A DNA stretch of 47,228 nt, taken from NCBI GenBank assembly GCA_934132925.1, contig CAKPAL010000002.1, positions 1 to 47,228 of the forward strand, given 5' to 3'. A program made the position numbers and the translations under genes. The notes beneath the pieces are model-generated. The model worked only from the letters and a program-made list of their open reading frames with translations. It made no database searches and was not told where the DNA came from. Each line of letters starts with the position of its first letter. Positions within the stretch are counted from its first letter, which is position 1. The stretch is from an uncultured Bacilli bacterium (lineage in GTDB: Bacteria > Bacillota_I > Bacilli_A > RF39 > UBA660). Positions 45,449 through 47,228 of the stretch are shown here, in pieces.

Positions 45449-46147
45449 ATGTTGTTTAACTTGTTTAATATTTTGATTGGTAACCTTACCTTTTTTACTG
45501 GTGCTTATTCTAATAATGTTTTTCCTGATCCTTTATCTAAAGAGGAAGAAGAAAAATATATAGAAAGAATGATTAATGGAGATAAGGAGGCTAGAAGTAA
45601 ACTTATCGAACATAATCTCAGATTAGTTGCACATATTGTTAAAAAATTTGAATCCACTTATAATGATGTCGATGATCTTATTGGAATAGGTACCGTTGGC
45701 CTTATCAAGGGTATTGATAGTTTTTCTCCGAATAAGAATGTTAGACTTACCACTTATATTGCTAAGTGTGCTGAAAATGAAATCCTTATGCACTTTAGAT
45801 CGGATAAGAAAAATGCTAAAAATGTAAGTATTTATGACGGCATTAGTTATGATAAAGAAGGTAATGAGGTTACTATTTTAGATGTTCTTAAAACGGAAGA
45901 TCCTGATTTTAATGAGGAAATATATAAAAACGATAATATTAAATTATTAAAGGAGTATATGAATGTCCTTACTCCTAGAGAGAAAGATGTTCTTACTAAA
46001 AGATATGGCCTTGACAATAATGATGAAATTACGCAAAAAGAAATTGCTAAAAATCTTGGTATATCTAGAAGTTATGTTTCTAGAATTGAAAAAAGGGCCA
46101 TTACAAAAATTTTAAGAGAATTTATTAAAAATGACAGTAAGAAATAG
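45449..46147 (+). CDS. sigK: Sporulation sigma factor SigK (pro-sigma-K, uninterrupted)
   Basis: Pro-sequence ...GAYSNNVFPDPLSKEEEEKY, then IEHNLRLVAHIVKKF, GTVGLIKGIDSF, AKCAENEILMHFR, and region 4 ISRSYVSRIEKRA. Second ATG used, 9 nt after AGGAGG. Confidence 0.9.
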   Translation: MLFNLFNILIGNLTFFTGAYSNNVFPDPLSKEEEEKYIERMINGDKEARSKLIEHNLRLVAHIVKKFESTYNDVDDLIGIGTVGLIKGIDSFSPNKNVRLTTYIAKCAENEILMHFRSDKKNAKNVSIYDGISYDKEGNEVTILDVLKTEDPDFNEEIYKNDNIKLLKEYMNVLTPREKDVLTKRYGLDNNDEITQKEIAKNLGISRSYVSRIEKRAITKILREFIKNDSKK

Positions 46148-46223
46148 TAAAATTGTAAATAAATGTTGACTAAAATGCTTTTTTATGGTAAAGTTAATTA
46201 CGAACTGATGAGGAGGGAATACG

Positions 46224-46403
46224 ATGAAGAAAGTAACAACTAAAAAAACTAGATCTGTAAATAATAGACCTAACTGTTTAAAAATAACTAAAGGTACTCA
46301 AAAGGTTAATTTTACTACTGTTGTTGATAAAGATGGTAACAAAGTTAAGACTAGTGTTAGAGAAGCTAGAACTATGAAGAAGAATAATAAGAAAGATGCT
46401 TAA
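46224..46403 (+). CDS. Small basic protein (59 aa), not in the ORF track
   Basis: TTGACT-17-TAAAGT promoter, GAGGAGGG RBS, ORF MKKVTTKKTRSVNNRPNCLKITKGTQKVNF...KKNNKKDA*, then a terminator. Confidence 0.6.
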   Translation: MKKVTTKKTRSVNNRPNCLKITKGTQKVNFTTVVDKDGNKVKTSVREARTMKKNNKKDA

Positions 46404-46405
46404 TG

Positions 46406-46429
46406 AAATGGATTTATATCCATTTTTTT
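46406..46429 (+). terminator. Rho-independent terminator of the small basic ORF
   Basis: ATGGAT-ttat-ATCCAT followed by TTTTTT. Confidence 0.6.
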
Positions 46430-46481
46430 GTTTGTCCACAACTACTGTTGATAAATAAAAAGAAGACTAGTACTAGTCATT

Positions 46482-47081
46482 CTATTTAAAATATTCATCA
46501 AATATACTTTCGACGTTTCCTTCTATTGCATAGTAATAGAAAGACCCTTCTTGATTTTTATACTCAGTGTTTTTCTCTTCATAATTATTATTATTAAAGA
46601 TATTTTTTAATTCTTCATCGGCAAAGTCTAACACTATTGAACTGTAAAATATTTGAAAAGTATAATTTTGATTATTTACTTGATAAGAAACAGTCAATTG
46701 GTCCCTTAATGGTCCACCTCTTCCTAAACTATATGTTTTTACTAATTTGTTTGTATTTACTTTATCTAGTATTTGTTTAAGCTGATCCTTAGATAAAGAG
46801 ATTTCTTTATCTATGTCTTGAGCATCTCCGAGATCTTTTTTCCTAGATCTAGATAATTTTACCTCTGAGATATTGTAAGATAATAATTTATCAATCCAAG
46901 TTTCTTTAGCATCATTATTGCTATTATTATTTTCAATCACTTCATTTTTATTATCTAAATTGTCATTTTTATTATTTACATTTATTTTTCCAGTTAAAAA
47001 TAATGCAATAATTATCAATAATATAATTATAATTACTGTTAGAAATATAATTATAATATTTTTACTTTTGTCTTCTTTCAT
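46482..47081 (-). CDS. Membrane-anchored hypothetical protein
   Basis: N-terminal TM IIIIFLTVIIIILLIIIALFL. RBS AAGGAGGTG. The palindrome GACTAGTACTAGTC plus a U-run lies downstream (46452-46478). Confidence 0.7.
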   Translation of the reverse strand: MKEDKSKNIIIIFLTVIIIILLIIIALFLTGKINVNNKNDNLDNKNEVIENNNSNNDAKETWIDKLLSYNISEVKLSRSRKKDLGDAQDIDKEISLSKDQLKQILDKVNTNKLVKTYSLGRGGPLRDQLTVSYQVNNQNYTFQIFYSSIVLDFADEELKNIFNNNNYEEKNTEYKNQEGSFYYYAIEGNVESIFDEYFK

Positions 47082-47170
47082 GGCTTAATTCACCTCCTTA
47101 CTTTCTTTTATTTTATTATATCATATTATAATTATAATTACTAGTATTTATAAAAAAATATGGCCATTTT

Positions 47171-47228
47171 CTAGTCATACTTTTCTTTTTCTTCTGGTAA
47201 TTTTTTTAATAGTTTATTATAATATTCT
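47171..47228 (-). CDS. 3' end of an unidentified gene entering from the right edge
   Basis: Open frame ...EYYNKLLKKLPEEKEKYD* read on the minus strand. Too short to classify. Confidence 0.3.
   Translation of the reverse strand, partial: EYYNKLLKKLPEEKEKYD

Noticed and set aside
45449-46147. Check for a skin-like intervening element splitting sigK.
   Set aside because: The gene is contiguous, with all sigma regions 2-4 in one frame, so there is no interruption here.

Overview
This is a very AT-rich window (roughly a quarter G+C by eye, not computed) from a spore-forming low-GC Firmicute chromosome. Almost all genes are on the minus strand.

Layout:
- Right third (about 35.9-47.2 kb): conserved housekeeping genes. 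These are uvrA, a sigH-like sigma factor, rlmB, mrnC, a GT2 glycosyltransferase, yqeH, yqeG and sigK.
- Left edge (1-3.0 kb): a BceRS/BceAB-type peptide-antibiotic sensing and detoxification module.
- About 3.1-23.5 kb: a dense mosaic defence island.
- 23.5-35.9 kb: further accessory modules.

Defence island contents:
- A Type IIS-like R-M system (M.FokI-like double Dam-class methylase plus an HNH endonuclease) that is co-operonic with an SF1 helicase and a small partner protein.
- A PD-(D/E)xK+DUF5655-like protein.
- A compact OLD-family ATPase-Toprim nuclease.
- A KAP/YobI-like transmembrane P-loop NTPase whose roughly 1,170-codon frame is broken by one in-frame TAG, followed by an Rx4H (HEPN-like) protein.
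- A Cys-rich secreted repeat protein.
- A PARIS-like ABC-ATPase plus Toprim/DUF4435-like pair whose effector is frameshifted at an A7 tract.
- A DUF3883-type protein.
- Several gene remnants.

Accessory modules at 23.5-35.9 kb:
- An ABC-F gene with a leader-peptide attenuator.
- A candidate orphan sRNA.
- An MqsR-like toxin with an MqsA-like antitoxin fused to a Panacea/DUF4065 domain.
- A P-type ATPase operon.
- A stand-alone HerA/DUF87 ATPase with a double-HTH regulator.
- A transglutaminase-like protein.

Most unusual sequence-level signals:
1. A roughly 430-bp junction module (gene remnant, hairpins, promoter, terminator-containing leader) recurs in whole or in part in front of four unrelated cassettes.
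2. A family of at least 13 hairpins shares a GAC-N3/4-GGC apex with a conserved A/G mismatch. Their lower stems covary, and they mark almost every accessory-module boundary.
3. There are two interrupted effector genes: the amber stop in the KAP NTPase and the A7 frameshift in the Toprim effector.

I did not recognise any rRNA, tRNA, CRISPR array, integrase or transposase. All family assignments come from motif reading by eye and need HMM or BLAST confirmation.
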